Below, piece by piece: positions 1-12,758 of a DNA stretch of 64,000 bases (position 1 is its first letter; every line of letters starts with the position of its first letter). The DNA is from Octopus sinensis (taxonomy: Eukaryota): positions 17,360,001-17,424,000 of the forward strand of contig NC_043008.1 of the NCBI RefSeq assembly GCF_006345805.1. The letters run 5' to 3'. A program made the position numbers and the translations under genes. The notes beneath the pieces were generated by a model. The model saw only the letters and a program-made list of their open reading frames with translations. It made no database searches and had not been told where the DNA came from.

Positions 1-149
1 TATATCCCTGAAATATTTATTACACAATGCGCTGTCAAATATTTTGTTTTTCGAGTTTATACAGTATAATGAATATCCTCAATATTCCATTTGAGAAACA
101 TAATCTTGATGACTGCAGATAAACCATGGATAAAGTGGTAATTACAGGT

Positions 150-600
150 AGAGAATGTTCGAGGAATAGAAGAACCTAACGATGCAATTCTACATCTTTC
201 TTAATTTCTAATCTTACCAAAGGAACACACGGGTTTAATTCTGTTATTATTCAACAAATGATATACCAAGCGTTAAAAACATGCAATCGAAAGAAATCAT
301 GAGAATTCATTAATTTTGCATTTATCGAGCAAGAACTATGGTTATATTACGACCAATAGAGTATGTAAGCGTTCTTCTTCAATATCCCATTTCTACATAT
401 GTCCCGGCACACTATTCCTAGACAGTTCTGAACCTTGTCTGTTAGGTAAGATTGGTTTTGTCCAACTGGATTTCGAGTAACTTTCCTCGCCAAACTAGTG
501 TGTGTCGGGTTTCGGTTTAGTTACCAACGAAACGACCACATAAGGGGATTTACAGTAACTTACATTACCAGGAGCACTCAGATATCTGAGTGTTACTGAT
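150..600 (-). pseudogene. Possible very decayed R4/Dong-like RT C-terminal remnant
   Basis: Frameshifted peptides LRYLS..., LTYSIG..., LLDK...RLVY loosely follow the YKYLG / LTYSFG / LDRK / RLY order of R4-clade RT. Weak match. Confidence 0.3.
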
Positions 601-1061
601 AATCGACCAAGTTATGCCATAAATTATAACACACACACACGCATATATAAATATATATATATGATGAATGCTTCGTACTGTATCTTATTAAATACGGGAT
701 TTATTTTCTATTTTTTATTTTAAAATGTGTGTTACTATGAGTTGTGCTTTTGAATGGAAAGCCTATTACATAGGATTTCAAATATACCTAGGAGGGCTAT
801 GCTTTGGACTGCGGATAGATATGTGAGAGTTGGTATTCTTTCTCGACTCTTACTACCAGAGTAACATTCAGGAAATATACATCTTTGAAAGTTAGGTGTA
901 AAATTGATAGGTCATCTGGCACAAAGCAAAAACACCCAATGCTAGATATGTCTCAGTAAATATTATTTTTAAAAGTGTTGCGAAAAGAAATGGATAGTGG
1001 GAAAGAAGAAGGTAAAAGCTAAAAACACCTGAGTTAAAACTAGCCGGACTCTGATGGGTAG

Positions 1062-1229
1062 AGGTTGCAAGGCGCAACGAAAATTTTAGGAAAATAAAAA
1101 TAAGGAATAAGTGGAAATTTTGCCGGTGAGTGTGTTAAATTATAAGGCACAAACAAAAGAACAAAAAAATAACAAAAATTATAAGGTACAAAAAAGTACA
1201 AATGAACAAAATAAGACTCTCCCCAGACA
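1062..1229 (-). mobile_element. One arm of a foldback/MITE-like repeat
   Basis: Reverse complement of 12581-12712 (tgtctggggagagtc...ccttataatttaacacactcaccgg...gttgcg.cttgcaacct). Confidence 0.7.
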
Positions 1230-2460
1230 CAACATAATAACAAAACTTCTTTGACCAAAAAACTAAAAATCTATAAAATCATCTTTTATTATACTCTTCT
1301 TCCTCAGTTGCCACGAGGGTTGAAGCTCAATGAGTAGACTTAACCCTCCACTCACACACAGAGTGAAACAGAAGCTTCAGGTGATATGTACATATCACAC
1401 AGGCAGTAAGAGGAGATGATACTAAAGAGGAAGTAGAAATGACGTTAAAGTGAGGTGGGGTGGGACCGCTGAAACAAGGTGCGCCAAGTCTTCAAATAAT
1501 GACAAGCAGACCCTGTCTGTGAAGTGACCGCTGTCCACATATGTTTCTTCAAATTCACAAATGTTCGAAAAATGAGAAAAGTGATGTAAGATTTTTATAA
1601 GTGATTTCTCTATATATTGGGAGGGGTAATTTCTAAAAATTATGTTTGTAAGAAATTCAGCGTTATATGATAAATTAAATTTAACAATATTTTTCTCAAA
1701 TTATTTCCGATTATTAATTGATGCTTAATTTAAAAAAACCAAAAACAAATAAGTATACTATTTATGATTACTCTTTCAAACTAACTCACTGATTATCTTA
1801 AACAAGAAAATACAAGTTTATATACAAGATTCACTTGGTTCTAGTAGGATTCCATCGAGCTGGAGAGTAATGTAGAACACCCTTGTATTCGTTTTGAATT
1901 AATTTTATATAATTGAATTAAATTACGGAACACATTACAATAAACAAAAACAGTGTTAAAATTAAGGAAACAAAGGAAGAGAAGAATGTCAAAAAATATC
2001 ATTCAGATATTTAATTTTAAACCGAAAGTTGATTAATTAATTGCTGTAAAACTAATGAAAGATAGTATTTGTTATAAACGCATTACGAATTTTATATAAT
2101 TACATAATGCGAATCACTATTAATGCGTGTAAGTAAATGCATCTATGAGTGCTTTTATGCGCGTGTAGAGATGAAAGTAAAGGCATGTAAATTAGTCGAA
2201 GATTAAGGTGCGTATAACGTTTATTTTCTTAACTAATAAACAACGTAGAGATAGCTTTATTATTGGAAATATGTATTTTTCAGTTCAAATCCTGTATTTA
2301 CTTGCACACTAATCCACACAAAAACCAACATACGAAAACACAAACACTTACATATAGAACATGTATTTAAAACTACTCATTCGTATAATTAAAACTATTC
2401 GTTTCCACCGAAGACTGTGTACAAAATCTAATCCAACTACATCTGCTTCAATCATCAAAT

Positions 2461-2835
2461 GCTTGCTTCCTAACCACATGGTTCCTGGTTCAGTTCTATT
2501 GCGTGGAACTTCGAGCAATTTTCCTCTGCTATAGCCTTGGGGCTGATTAAAACCTTGTAAGTGAATTTGGTAGGCAGAAACTTAAAGAAGCCTATCGTAC
2601 ACATATGTATTTATCTATGTGTGTCTTTGTTTTTGTATTTGTCACACCACCACCACAACTTGAGGACCGGTGTTGGTGTATTTACGTCCCCGTATATTAG
2701 CAGTTTGGTAAAAGTGGCCGATAATATAAATTCTAGACTAAAAAAAATAAGTCCTGGGGTCGATTTGCTCGGCTAAAAACCTTCAGGGTGTTGCTGCAAT
2801 ACGGCCGCGGTCAAATCGCTGAGACAAGTAAAAGG
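2461..2835 (+). mobile_element. SINE family A, diverged copy
   Basis: Follows the family-A layout: aaccacatggttcc head remnant, ccttgtaagtgaatttggtag core, aataagtcctggggtcgatttgctc, gagacaagtaaaag tail. Confidence 0.85.
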
Positions 2836-2843
2836 ATATATAT

Positions 2844-2897
<54 letters not shown>

Positions 2898-3667
2898 TAG
2901 GTGAATGAATTATCCTGTCGAGAGTAAAGGAATTTTTTAACATCTTCGTTCGACTCCATTCTTTCATTTATTCATATATATATATATATTCATATATTCA
3001 TATATTCATATATATATATATATACAATCAAGGAACGGCCATAATAGGCCATAGGACTATTTAATTTTTTCCCACTAGGCCGCTGGTGGCAAAGAAATTC
3101 TACAAAATTTTTTTGCCACCCTATATTGATTAATTATATATATATATATACATATATTCTTTTATTCTATTATTCCTTTATTCTCTCATTTGTTTTAATC
3201 ATTATACTGCGACTACGCTGGGTACAGCCTTAAGAAACTTATTGAAACGAATGCACCCAATACTTTTTTTATTTAAGCACTATACTTATCATCATGCCTT
3301 TTGAAGAACCGCTAGGTTACGGAGATGTAATCACCTTCTACACATAAATCTGTATGTGTCTTTGCTTAGACACAAATATCTTAATCTATTCAATCAAAAT
3401 TACATCATGTTCATTACAAGTGACACACTAACGCATCTTAGGCTAAGGTTTACGTACGTGTTTTCTCATTTATCTGCTATATCTATTTTACTCTTTGGTT
3501 GTTTTGCGTTCGATTCAATAAGAAATCCTAAATACCCTCATCACATTCCCTCTTGATAACGTTATTGTCACTGCTAATATCAAGCTTACACTTACCTGGT
3601 GTCGGCTCTTAGGAATTCCCTTCCTGTTCGTGTTATTTCTGCATCCATCTATGTGTAATTATTACGT

Positions 3668-4055
3668 TTTTACTCTTTTACTCATTTACTTGTTTCAGTC
3701 ATTTGGCTGTAGCCATGCTGGAGCGCTGCTTTAGTTGAGCAAATCAACCCCAGGACTCATTCTTTGTAAGCCGAGTGCTTATTCTATCGGTCTCTTTTTG
3801 CCGAACCGCTAAGTTACGAGGAAGTAAACACACCAGCATCAGTTGTAAAGCGATGCTGGTGGGACAAACACAGACACACAAACACACACACATATATATA
3901 AACATATATATATACGACGGCCTTCTTCCACTCAGAAGGATTTGGTCGGCCCGAGGCTATAGTAGAAGACACTTGTCCAAGATGCCACGCAGTGGGACTG
4001 AACCCGGAACCATGTGGTTTGTAAGCAAACTACTTTCCTCACAGCCACTCCTACG
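3668..4055 (-). mobile_element. SINE family A (tRNA-derived; cf. published octopus OK/OR SINEs)
   Basis: On the minus strand: A-box-like tggctgtg.gg, B-box-like gggttcagtccc, internal (TA)/(TG) tract and (aagagta)n tail. Confidence 0.9.
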
Positions 4056-4296
4056 AAAAATGTTAAACGCATAATGCTTTCTACTCCCGGCGGGAGAGCA
4101 ATGACCGCTTGTGCAGCCCATTCCTCCAGACCAAAATAATTAAAGAAATGCTACGCACTAAAAAATAGCCGTCAAAACTGCCCCGTTTTTTACTCTCTGT
4201 TCTACCGTCATTTCTGCAATTTGCTTTTCTCGGTTTTCAAGCTACTTAACGTAACATTCATACCCATTTCACGTAACCTTATCACTTTCACAGTGA

Positions 4297-4622
4297 GGGC
4301 GCGTGGCTTAGTGGTTAGGGCATTCGGCTCATGATCGTAAGGTTGTGAGTTCGATTCCCGGCGACGCGTTGTATCCTTGAGCAAGACACTTTATTTCACG
4401 TTGCTCCAGTCCACTCAGCTGGCAAAAATGAGTTGTACTTGTATTTCAAAGGGTCAGCCTTGTCACTCTCTGTGTCACGCTGATTATCCCCGAGAACTAC
4501 GTTAAGGGTACACGTGTCTGTGGAATGCTCAGCCATTTGCACGTTAATTTCACGAGCAAGCTGTTCCGTTGATCGTATCAGCTGGGACCCTCTTCGTCGT
4601 AACCGGCGGAGTCTTCCATCAC
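4297..4622 (+). mobile_element. SINE family C' (tRNA head, CORE-like body, tail shared with family C)
   Basis: tggcttagtgg A-box, gagttcgattccc B-box, tccttgagcaagacactt body; the 3' ~190 bp match 13640-13815. Confidence 0.9.
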
Positions 4623-4943
4623 TTTCACACTTACCTTCCATTTTATTCATATCCAACTATTCAAAATCCTACACCGAATATTTTGTAAAATAACCAAATA
4701 TCAAAAAAAAAAAATTCTTATCACTATTTTTGGTGGATTTTCAGATTTTGGGGTGACACCGTTTCACCATAGAATCTGAAACAAATATACTTTTATTTAT
4801 ACTCCTGCCCCCTTAAACGTTGATCTTCTAATAGAAAAACTTCATTGGCTTTTTCCTCGTGGTAACTACAGCAGTAATGTTTCTTATTGAAGTGGAGATA
4901 AATATAACTTCTAAGTATTAATACCGTGTCTATCGCTAATATA

Positions 4944-4994
<51 letters not shown>

Positions 4995-6221
4995 TTTATA
5001 TATGGAATATATGGAAGAAAGCTGCTTCGGTATATAATTTGATTATGAAAAGAAATTAATGATTTAAACTGATGCAATTACCTTTTACTTCATCCATACT
5101 TAGTAATGATATTCTGGATTCCTATGAATGTATGTGTGCACGTAAGTGCGCGTGTGGGTGGGCGTATGTTTGAGCATGTGTACGTGCGTAGGTGAGTGTG
5201 TGTGTGTATATACATATATGCACATATACATACATACATATGTGTATGTGTGTTTCTATGTCTTCCACATAACACTGCCATGAGATCAAAGCCGTTTTTA
5301 AGTCACAATAGTAACGTAACAAATCGCTAAATACAGGATCAATGAAATGAGCTTCTCACTGATAAATTGTACTGGGTTAACTATGACCGAGAAAAATACT
5401 TTGAAGGTTACATTCCAACATAGTCACAGTCCAATGCTTCACGCTAGTAAAGAATAAAGGATTATTCTTTTGAAACGGCTTCTAGCTGGCACTATCAGGA
5501 GTGCTTCAGTGCTTTCATAAAGACACAACATTGCGTCAATAATGGAATCTTATTATTCTTCGCCCATGCAGTCGTCACATTATCCACAAGAATTTTAACG
5601 TATAAACATACCATTGTCGATAATATATATTACTATAGAAATTTATAGAAAATGCCTTTTAAGAAGATTGTGTGGTTGAATAGACGCCCCATATGTGCAC
5701 TGAAGTTAGAAAAGTTAAGTGTGAAGGAATTCGATTTCCAGAAATTTCATACTAATCAGGAAACAAAGCCTTGGAATCTTGTATGGGCAACATATATCAA
5801 GATATTGCAGCAGTTTTTATGTCTCTTTTGTTTCATTATGTCATTTCTATGGTTAAAAGCATTATAAATCTATGAGGTCAGTAAGGTTTGCAATCGGATA
5901 AATATCCTCCATCAAAATCATTAGGTATTTGTTAATAGTAAAATGACAGAGGAGATATTTCTGAAGGTATTTATAACTCAATAAAGGAAAGCTTCATTCA
6001 CTGATATAAATGATGGTGAATCTCTCTAACAAGCATTGATATAAAGGTATCTGCTTTAGTTTCTCTGACCATAAACCAGTTGCTCACTTCTTTATTCTAA
6101 ATGTGCCTTAAAAATACATTGAAATTCACGTATAGCATAAATTTACTTTTGTAAGGAAAGTTCTGAACACACACATGCAGCAAAGTGTAAGCACGTGGAA
6201 TCATCTATTGCTTAGCTATCT

Positions 6222-6454
6222 TATTTCTTTACTACCCACAAGGGGCTACACACAGAGGGGACAATCAAGGACAGACATATGGATTAAGTCGATTATATTG
6301 ACCCCAGTGCGTAACTGGTACTTATTTAATGGACCCCGAAAGGATGAAGGGCAAAGTCAACCTCGACGGAATTTGAACTGAGAACGTAGCGGCGGACGAA
6401 ATACCACAAATCATTTCGCCCGATGTGCTAACGTTTCTGCCAGCTCGCCGCCTT
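6222..6454 (-). mobile_element. SINE family B monomer (B1 tail)
   Basis: Reverse complement of aaggcggcgagctggcagaa...agttcaaattcc...ctttgcc.ttcatcctttcgggg...ccccttgtgggtagtaaagaaata. Confidence 0.9.
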
Positions 6455-6854
6455 CTTGCTTTGCTATCTTACTATCAACTTCACGTGTAAAAACAAGTTA
6501 GAAAAATGTTAATGGGTTAACTTACTGATGAATACAAGATCGAAACTGGCTACATCATCAACAAAATGTAATATTCCGTTGTTATAGATAGTGGCTATTA
6601 GTACCAATGAATTTGCTACTTATTATGAAGTAGATCTTCACTCTATAACTACTCCAAGATTTCTACGTAAAAATGTATGAAAACTAAAATAGGAAACATG
6701 ATACAGCATATATGTCTGAAAGTCATTTTCTTAACTACAAAGAAAAATACCTGCGATTCCTTTAGACTTATAGTAGACTATATTTGGTACTATGCCAAGC
6801 TTTTAACTTAAATAGTGTGTGTGTGTTTCGCTTTGTCGTTTAGTACCACTCGGA

Positions 6855-7480
6855 GTTGAAGTCCTATAAATGTCTTTAATTGTTCCAGGGCGTATTTTCG
6901 GGAATATTTCTGACAGAAATTCAAATCCTCTAGAGTAATTTTAGTCATTCTCTAATCCAAATATTTTCTTTAAACCAAGTTTAAAGTGGTGAAATATTTA
7001 AAACAGAACAACTAATATACCTAATTAAATGCTATTTCGCGCAGTACTGTTAAAAGACCTAGCTGGGCATACTTTTATTATTTTATGATACTCTATAATA
7101 AAGCAGCTGTCCCACAGACAAAGCAACAATTGTTGATGAACCACACTCGAAAATTATTTCAGTTTTATCAATTATTTTAAGACTTCCACGATGATCGTGT
7201 TGGTTATTGCTGTATTGAATTACATTAAAAAGGATATTCATGTTAACAGATGATACTTTTAAATGCACTGAATGAGCGATGGGGATAGATAGTTTTAAAT
7301 TTCCATCATGCAATAAAACAGCTTTTAAAGTTCGTATAGAAGAATCTATAAAATGTCACCATCGGCTTTCAAAATGGCGGTTAGATAAACTTGCAAAAAT
7401 CCATTAATGTCACGATAATAGCAGAGAAGACCAACCACCTGGAAATAAACCACTAAATCAAAACTTCGCTTTTTGTTGAA
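6855..7480 (-). pseudogene. Chapaev3-like (CMC superfamily) transposase remnant
   Basis: Minus-strand peptides in the expected order: YFQVVGLLCYYRDINGFL, W*HFIDSSIRTLKAVLLHDGN, SIPIAHSVHLK, CLWDS, HFKLGLKK...GFEFLSEIFPKI. They match FIDSSKRSLKAVLLHNGN / HIKLGLMK motifs; the family name is from recall. Confidence 0.72.
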
Positions 7481-7489
7481 TCTCGCTGT

Positions 7490-8142
7490 TTCTCGCTGTT
7501 TCATCCTGTGTAATCAGTCTTTTGAAAAATTTTGACTCATCTTCTTGGCACATCTCCAAATTCATCCTCGAGCACTCGACGCGTTCTTGCTTCTGGAAAG
7601 GTGTGAGCAACCTGGGAATCCATCTGGCAGACACGTTTTGCATATGCAAATGGTCATGAATGATAGTTTCCACATACCCGGTACTAATCTTGACCTCATG
7701 GGCTATTTGGCGAATAGTTATGCGTCGATCTTCCAAAATGGCAGCCTCAACTTGACGGACAGATGCTTCATCATTGGCAGAAGGGGGGCGACCAGATCTG
7801 GAAGCTGTTTTCACAGAGTTCCGACCATGTTTGAATTCATGATGCCATCGTTTTACAAGGTCATATGATGGGGCATCATCACCACAAGTTACTTTCATTT
7901 CATCAAAAGTCTCCCGTGGTGTGCGTACTTTCAAATACAAAAACCGGCTCACTGCTCGACACTCAACAGGCTCCATTTCACACTTGACTCAGTTCAAACA
8001 CCTGTAAATCAGAAACCACAATTACATCAGAGCTATAATTTGCCAATTAATCTAGAGAGATAGAAATAATTGCACATGCAAAATTCCAGCTAGTTCAATC
8101 AACTGCAAGTGGGTCAGGGGCATTACTTATTGAACGTCCCTC

Positions 8143-8145
<3 letters not shown>
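7490..8145 (-). mobile_element. Mariner element, 5' half (left TIR plus N-terminal transposase)
   Basis: TA-cgagggacgttcaataagt end at 8145. ORF 7458-7976 has the HTH region, WIPRLL (WVPHEL-like) and ITQDET (first catalytic D), then breaks off. Confidence 0.92.
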
Positions 8146-8231
<86 letters not shown>

Positions 8232-8882
8232 AATACAATGATTATCATTGTCTTTTGACTTGCGATATTTGGACCCAAAACATAAAAATTGAATATTTTT
8301 TCCTGCATTTTTCAACAGATTCGGAAAAAAATTGGATAAATTTTCAAGCAATAACACCGCTTACCATTTTTAAAGTAATTCTGTCCAAAATGGCATCCAA
8401 GGAGAGAGACGCAGGTGAGACCTCTCAAAAACAGCAATATTTGCATCTTCATATAATTATTTACATCCACACAAAATGAAAATTATATACTTTATCAACA
8501 ACAAAAAATGATAAGAAGACAAAGGAAATGACAGTTACACATTCACATCTCAACGATAACAAGCAGGTGATAACGAAAATTGTATTGTTATTTCAACAAA
8601 TAAAATGGAGCACTGAACATCGTCGGATCCAGGAAAATATAGAAAGTTATGTTACAACAGACAGCGCATTCTTGTTAGAAGAATACATCGGTAATCAACA
8701 AGGAATGGAGTATTATGCATGTCTTGAGAAAATAAAATGAGGGTTGACTTTCATAAGGCTACCAAAACATTTATTGCAAGAAACTCTTATTAACCTGTAA
8801 GTCAATGTAATTTCCATTTATCAGGTTAGATCAGACGGTTGGACGTACCAAGTATTTAAGTTTCGCAACACGATGATGTAAC

Positions 8883-9451
8883 TATTGGATTGTCCGGAAA
8901 GTTCGTGCCGATTTTTAAAGAAAACAAAAAGTCAATAAATACTTGTCATTATATTTTTAATCAACCAAATATGAACCATTTTGTTGCACAATGAGTCTCC
9001 ATCTTTCCTTTAACTTGAAAATACCCTCTTCCCAGAATTTAGGTGGTTTTATGGCAAAGAATTCATCAAGGTATCTTTTTACGTCATCCAAGGAATTGAA
9101 ATTTTTACCATTAATACTATTCTGCAGAGACCCGAATAAGTGGAAATCCGAAGGAGCAATATCTGGTGAATATGGAGGGTGGGGTAACACAACCCAGCCG
9201 AGCTGCAGCAATTTTTGTCTGGTTCCCAAAGCATTAAATGCCGAAAATGAACCTTCTTACCTTCCATTTTAAGGGATTACAGAATTAACACAGGTTATAG
9301 GAATATAAACATTCTTCCACGAAAAGACAGGTTAAAATGTGCTCTAAATGGAGGTGTAGACAAATCCTATTTTATGGATTCACCTATGTTCTAAAATAAG
9401 TCAAAAAGTAAGCTACTACAAATAGGCACGAACTTTCCGGACAACCCAATA
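8883..9451 (-). mobile_element. Internally deleted mariner (MITE-like) with both TIRs
   Basis: TIR tattgg(g/a)ttgtccggaaagttcgtgcc at both ends with terminal TA. The N-terminus MEGKKVHFRHLMLWE is fused to the C-terminus ...HPPYSPDIAPSDFHLF... Confidence 0.95.
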
Positions 9452-9714
9452 TTTCACCCTTTTAACGATTTTCATAATTTCATCATTTATTCTTCTCTCC
9501 TTTTGTGTTCTAGATATTCTATAAACAGACCTTCATGTATCATCACCTTAGAAATTATTTTCATTCTAACTCAGAACCTAAGCATTGCTTCTCGAATTCT
9601 ATCACCTGTGCGAGAATCATTAACCATTTTCCTCCCCCTGCTATTTTGGAGCATTATCTGTTCACATTAGATGCATATTTCTGTGTATTGTGTGATACTT
9701 CTTCCTTATTCTTG
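9452..9714. repeat. ~262-bp spacer shared with 30884-31144
   Basis: Reverse-complement match (about 90% by eye) to the DNA directly next to the second mariner MITE. Confidence 0.9.
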
Positions 9715-9891
9715 GGTTACATAATTAACACAGATTATAGGAACATAAATTTTCTTCCACGAAAATATAGGTTAAACTGTGCTCTAAATGGAGGTGTAGG
9801 CAACTCCTATTTTATGGAGCCAACCATGTTCTTAAATAAGACGAAAGGTAAGCTACTATAAATCGGCACGAACTTTCCGGACAACCCAATA
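9715..9891 (-). mobile_element. Extra mariner left end (TIR plus 5' UTR only)
   Basis: ggcacgaactttccggacaacccaata ends at 9891; the sequence matches the left end of the adjacent MITE and stops just before the ATG. Confidence 0.92.
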
Positions 9892-10530
9892 GCTTCCTCA
9901 GCTCAATATCTTCTTGAACATTTCTAATGTCACCTTATTCGTAACTTGTATATATATATGTTCTCTAGAACTTTCTGAATTTAACTTGGCGCCTCCTAGT
10001 TTTCGAGGATTTATTTTAGTGAAGCGTCTGGGCTACAAATTTTTTTGTGGCTTTTCAGGTTTGCTCACACTCATTTGATTGTTTTGAACAATTTCATCGG
10101 TATTAATTTCTTTATTGTTCATATTACTCTTCAGAATTATTCTACATTTATTTATGTTGATACTGCATTGATTCCTATCGTATTTTTGCTTCGTTCTTGA
10201 TAAAATTATTTTTGGGTTAGAGTCAAACTGTTTGTTTTGTTCAAAGAATTGTTATCACTAGCAGATTCTTACCGATTTAGCGAAACACTTTTGTTTGTTT
10301 AACTTGTATTGTTGTTGTTTTCTTTCTGTTCCCCTCCTTTTGTTATTCGGATATTGATTTCATTAAGTATTAAAAAAATATTTCTACCTATTTTGTCTTT
10401 CGCTTGATCATTTTTCAGTGCTTACGTATGTGTACATCTGGCATAGTATTCAATTTAGATTCATTTATAACTACTATCATTGCTGCTTATTTTAATTTCT
10501 TTTAGCTGGTGGTATTGCAATGTCTCTTGT
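9892..10530 (-). pseudogene. Decayed R4/Dong-like LINE fragment (region N-terminal to RT)
   Basis: AKSVRIC***QFFEQNKQFDSNPK..FYQE resembles the R4-clade RLRRY...QNKLF..NQK.FYQEL motif. Confidence 0.6.
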
Positions 10531-10536
10531 TGTTGC

Positions 10537-10920
10537 ACTCTTTTACTTGTTTCAGTCATTTGATTGTAGCCATGCTGGAGCACCGCCTTTAGTCGAGCAA
10601 ATCGACCCCAGGACTTATTCTTTGTAAGCCTAGTACTTATTCTATCGGTCTCTTTCGTCGAACCGCTAGGCTACAGGGACGTAAACACACCAGCATCAGT
10701 TGTCAAGCGATGTCGGGGGGACAAACACAGACATATACACACGTACATATATGTATATGTACGACGGGCTTCTTTCAGTTTCTGTCTACCAAATCCACTC
10801 ACAAGGCTTTGGTCGGCCCGTGTCTATAATAGAAGGCACTTGCCCAAAGTGCCACACAGTGGGACTGAACCCGGAACCATGTGGTTCGTAAGCAAGCTAC
10901 TTACCACACAGCCACTCCTA
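10537..10920 (-). mobile_element. SINE family A, near full length
   Basis: Colinear with the other family-A copies from head to tail. Confidence 0.92.
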
Positions 10921-10984
10921 TGGTATTTTTGTTTTACTTGGGAGATATTTAGGTGTCCCATAGTGTGATATACTATTCTATATT

Positions 10985-11285
10985 TTAGATGTTTCAATCA
11001 CTGGACTACGGCCATGGTGTAGTACCGTCTTGAAGCTCGGTATGTTTTTAATAGAGTAACTACTATATCGCTGTCTTTTCCAAACCATTAAGCTACCAGG
11101 ACGTAAACCAACAAGCGTGTGTTGCTAAGCGGTGGTTGGGACAACCTCAAGCACGTGTACCAAACTCGCTCACGAGGCATTGGTCAGTGTTGGGCCATAG
11201 TAGAAGACACTTTCTCAAAGGGCTGCCGCAGAAGATTCAACCCGAAACCGTATGGTTGCGAAGCGAGCAAATTAACCACGCATCC
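10985..11285 (-). mobile_element. SINE family A, old degenerate copy
   Basis: Recognisable gccatg.tg.ag.accg, gacgtaaac and tagtagaagacact blocks. Confidence 0.75.
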
Positions 11286-12525
11286 ATTACTTTTAATTCT
11301 ACCATTTCGTGTTCATGGTTTTCATCATTCCAATGTCGTCTTCTTAATTCTTACACATATTGATATTTTGTTTGTGTTCTTCTGATTCTGACTGATTCGT
11401 TGGTAATAATTCTCTGATAATTCCAAAGTTTTGTTTGATTCTGCATCTTCATCAGTTTCTTAACACCAATCATGTTTCTCAATTTTTAACCTGAAGATTT
11501 TCCAGAATTTCGCTTTTTATATACTTTGAGGGCTAATGATGAAAAAATAACATTCATTTAATTCGGAAAATAAATAATAAAGAAGACAAAAAGGCATTTA
11601 AATTTACATAATGTTTGCCAATGAAATGAGTCCAGTGTCTTCACAGCGGAAGTTGAAACTCTTGTTGTCATGGTAACTCTCATGTATCATTGCTTACGCA
11701 CGTGTCGACAGACCATGTGTTTTCGCTTCATTAAATTCTTTTCACCTGTGTATAAACCTGTGAGCGGTGAACAGGAATTGTCTGGAGTGTATTCTATTTC
11801 CATCGAATATGAGTTCCCGAACATTATAACCAAATTTGGTGACATCGTCAGTGAATACCGAAACGGAGGAAGAAACGACAGTGTCTTACAAATGAAAGGA
11901 GTTATTTGCAAAGAAAAAATCTCTATGAATACTCATTATAAGGAACTACACCATGGATGCTAATACTGGCCACAGGTGGACAAGACAACTGAGGTCCAAG
12001 TCTTCAATCTCTAACCTAAACCCTACATATACAAGGCAACATCAGCGTGAAATATAGTTCAAGTTACAAATCCGAACAAGTAAACCAGTCAACGAAGAGA
12101 GCTTTTTAAAATTCTTCTCCAATTGATAAAAATTTTTGTCATGTTTCAGAGCTAACATAATAGATTGCTATGAAACATATTAAACTTTCAAATTTCTATA
12201 ATTTATTATGGTTATGAAATTTATCGAATATTTCAGCTTTCATAGTTTCTTGTTGCATTGAAACTTATTGAATTTTCATCATATAATTTTGCTATGACAC
12301 CAATAGAAAATTTAATTTTTTAGCATGTTTCATAGCTATGAAATATGTCCTTAAACGTTGTCTTTCGCTTATTTTTAATCGTATTTATTTATCTCTTATT
12401 TACCATTGTAACACGAATATTTTTTAAACCGGGAAGGTAGTCTTTTGAATTTAAAAAATGAATGGTAAAACTAAAATTTGTTTTATCACCCAAGTGCTTT
12501 TCCAAATCCCAAAACCAGCTTCGAT

Positions 12526-12568
<43 letters not shown>

Positions 12569-12580
12569 CACACACAATTG

Positions 12581-12758
12581 TGTCTGGGGAGAGTCATTCT
12601 CTTTTAGTGCCTTATAATTTAACACACTCACCGGTAAAATTTCCACTTTCTTTTCTTTGTATTTTTGTATTTTTTAACTTTTCGTTGCGTCTTGCAACCT
12701 TTTCAAAACTATTGAAAATGTAGCAAGATGTAATGGAAAGAACGACTCTCCCTAGACA
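12581..12758 (+). mobile_element. Foldback/MITE-like element with ~21-bp terminal inverted repeats
   Basis: Starts tgtctggggagagtcattctctt and ends aagaacgactctccctagaca. Confidence 0.7.

Noticed and set aside
575-1398. Perfect 18-bp palindromes at 575-592 and 1381-1398 (and a 19-bp one at ~19254)
   Set aside because: Roughly one such palindrome is expected by chance in 64 kb of AT-rich DNA, and there is no supporting context.
3590-4660. Strong minus-strand donor sites (cag|gtaagt near 3597, aag|gtaagt near 4634)
   Set aside because: No convincing acceptor or recognisable peptide upstream.
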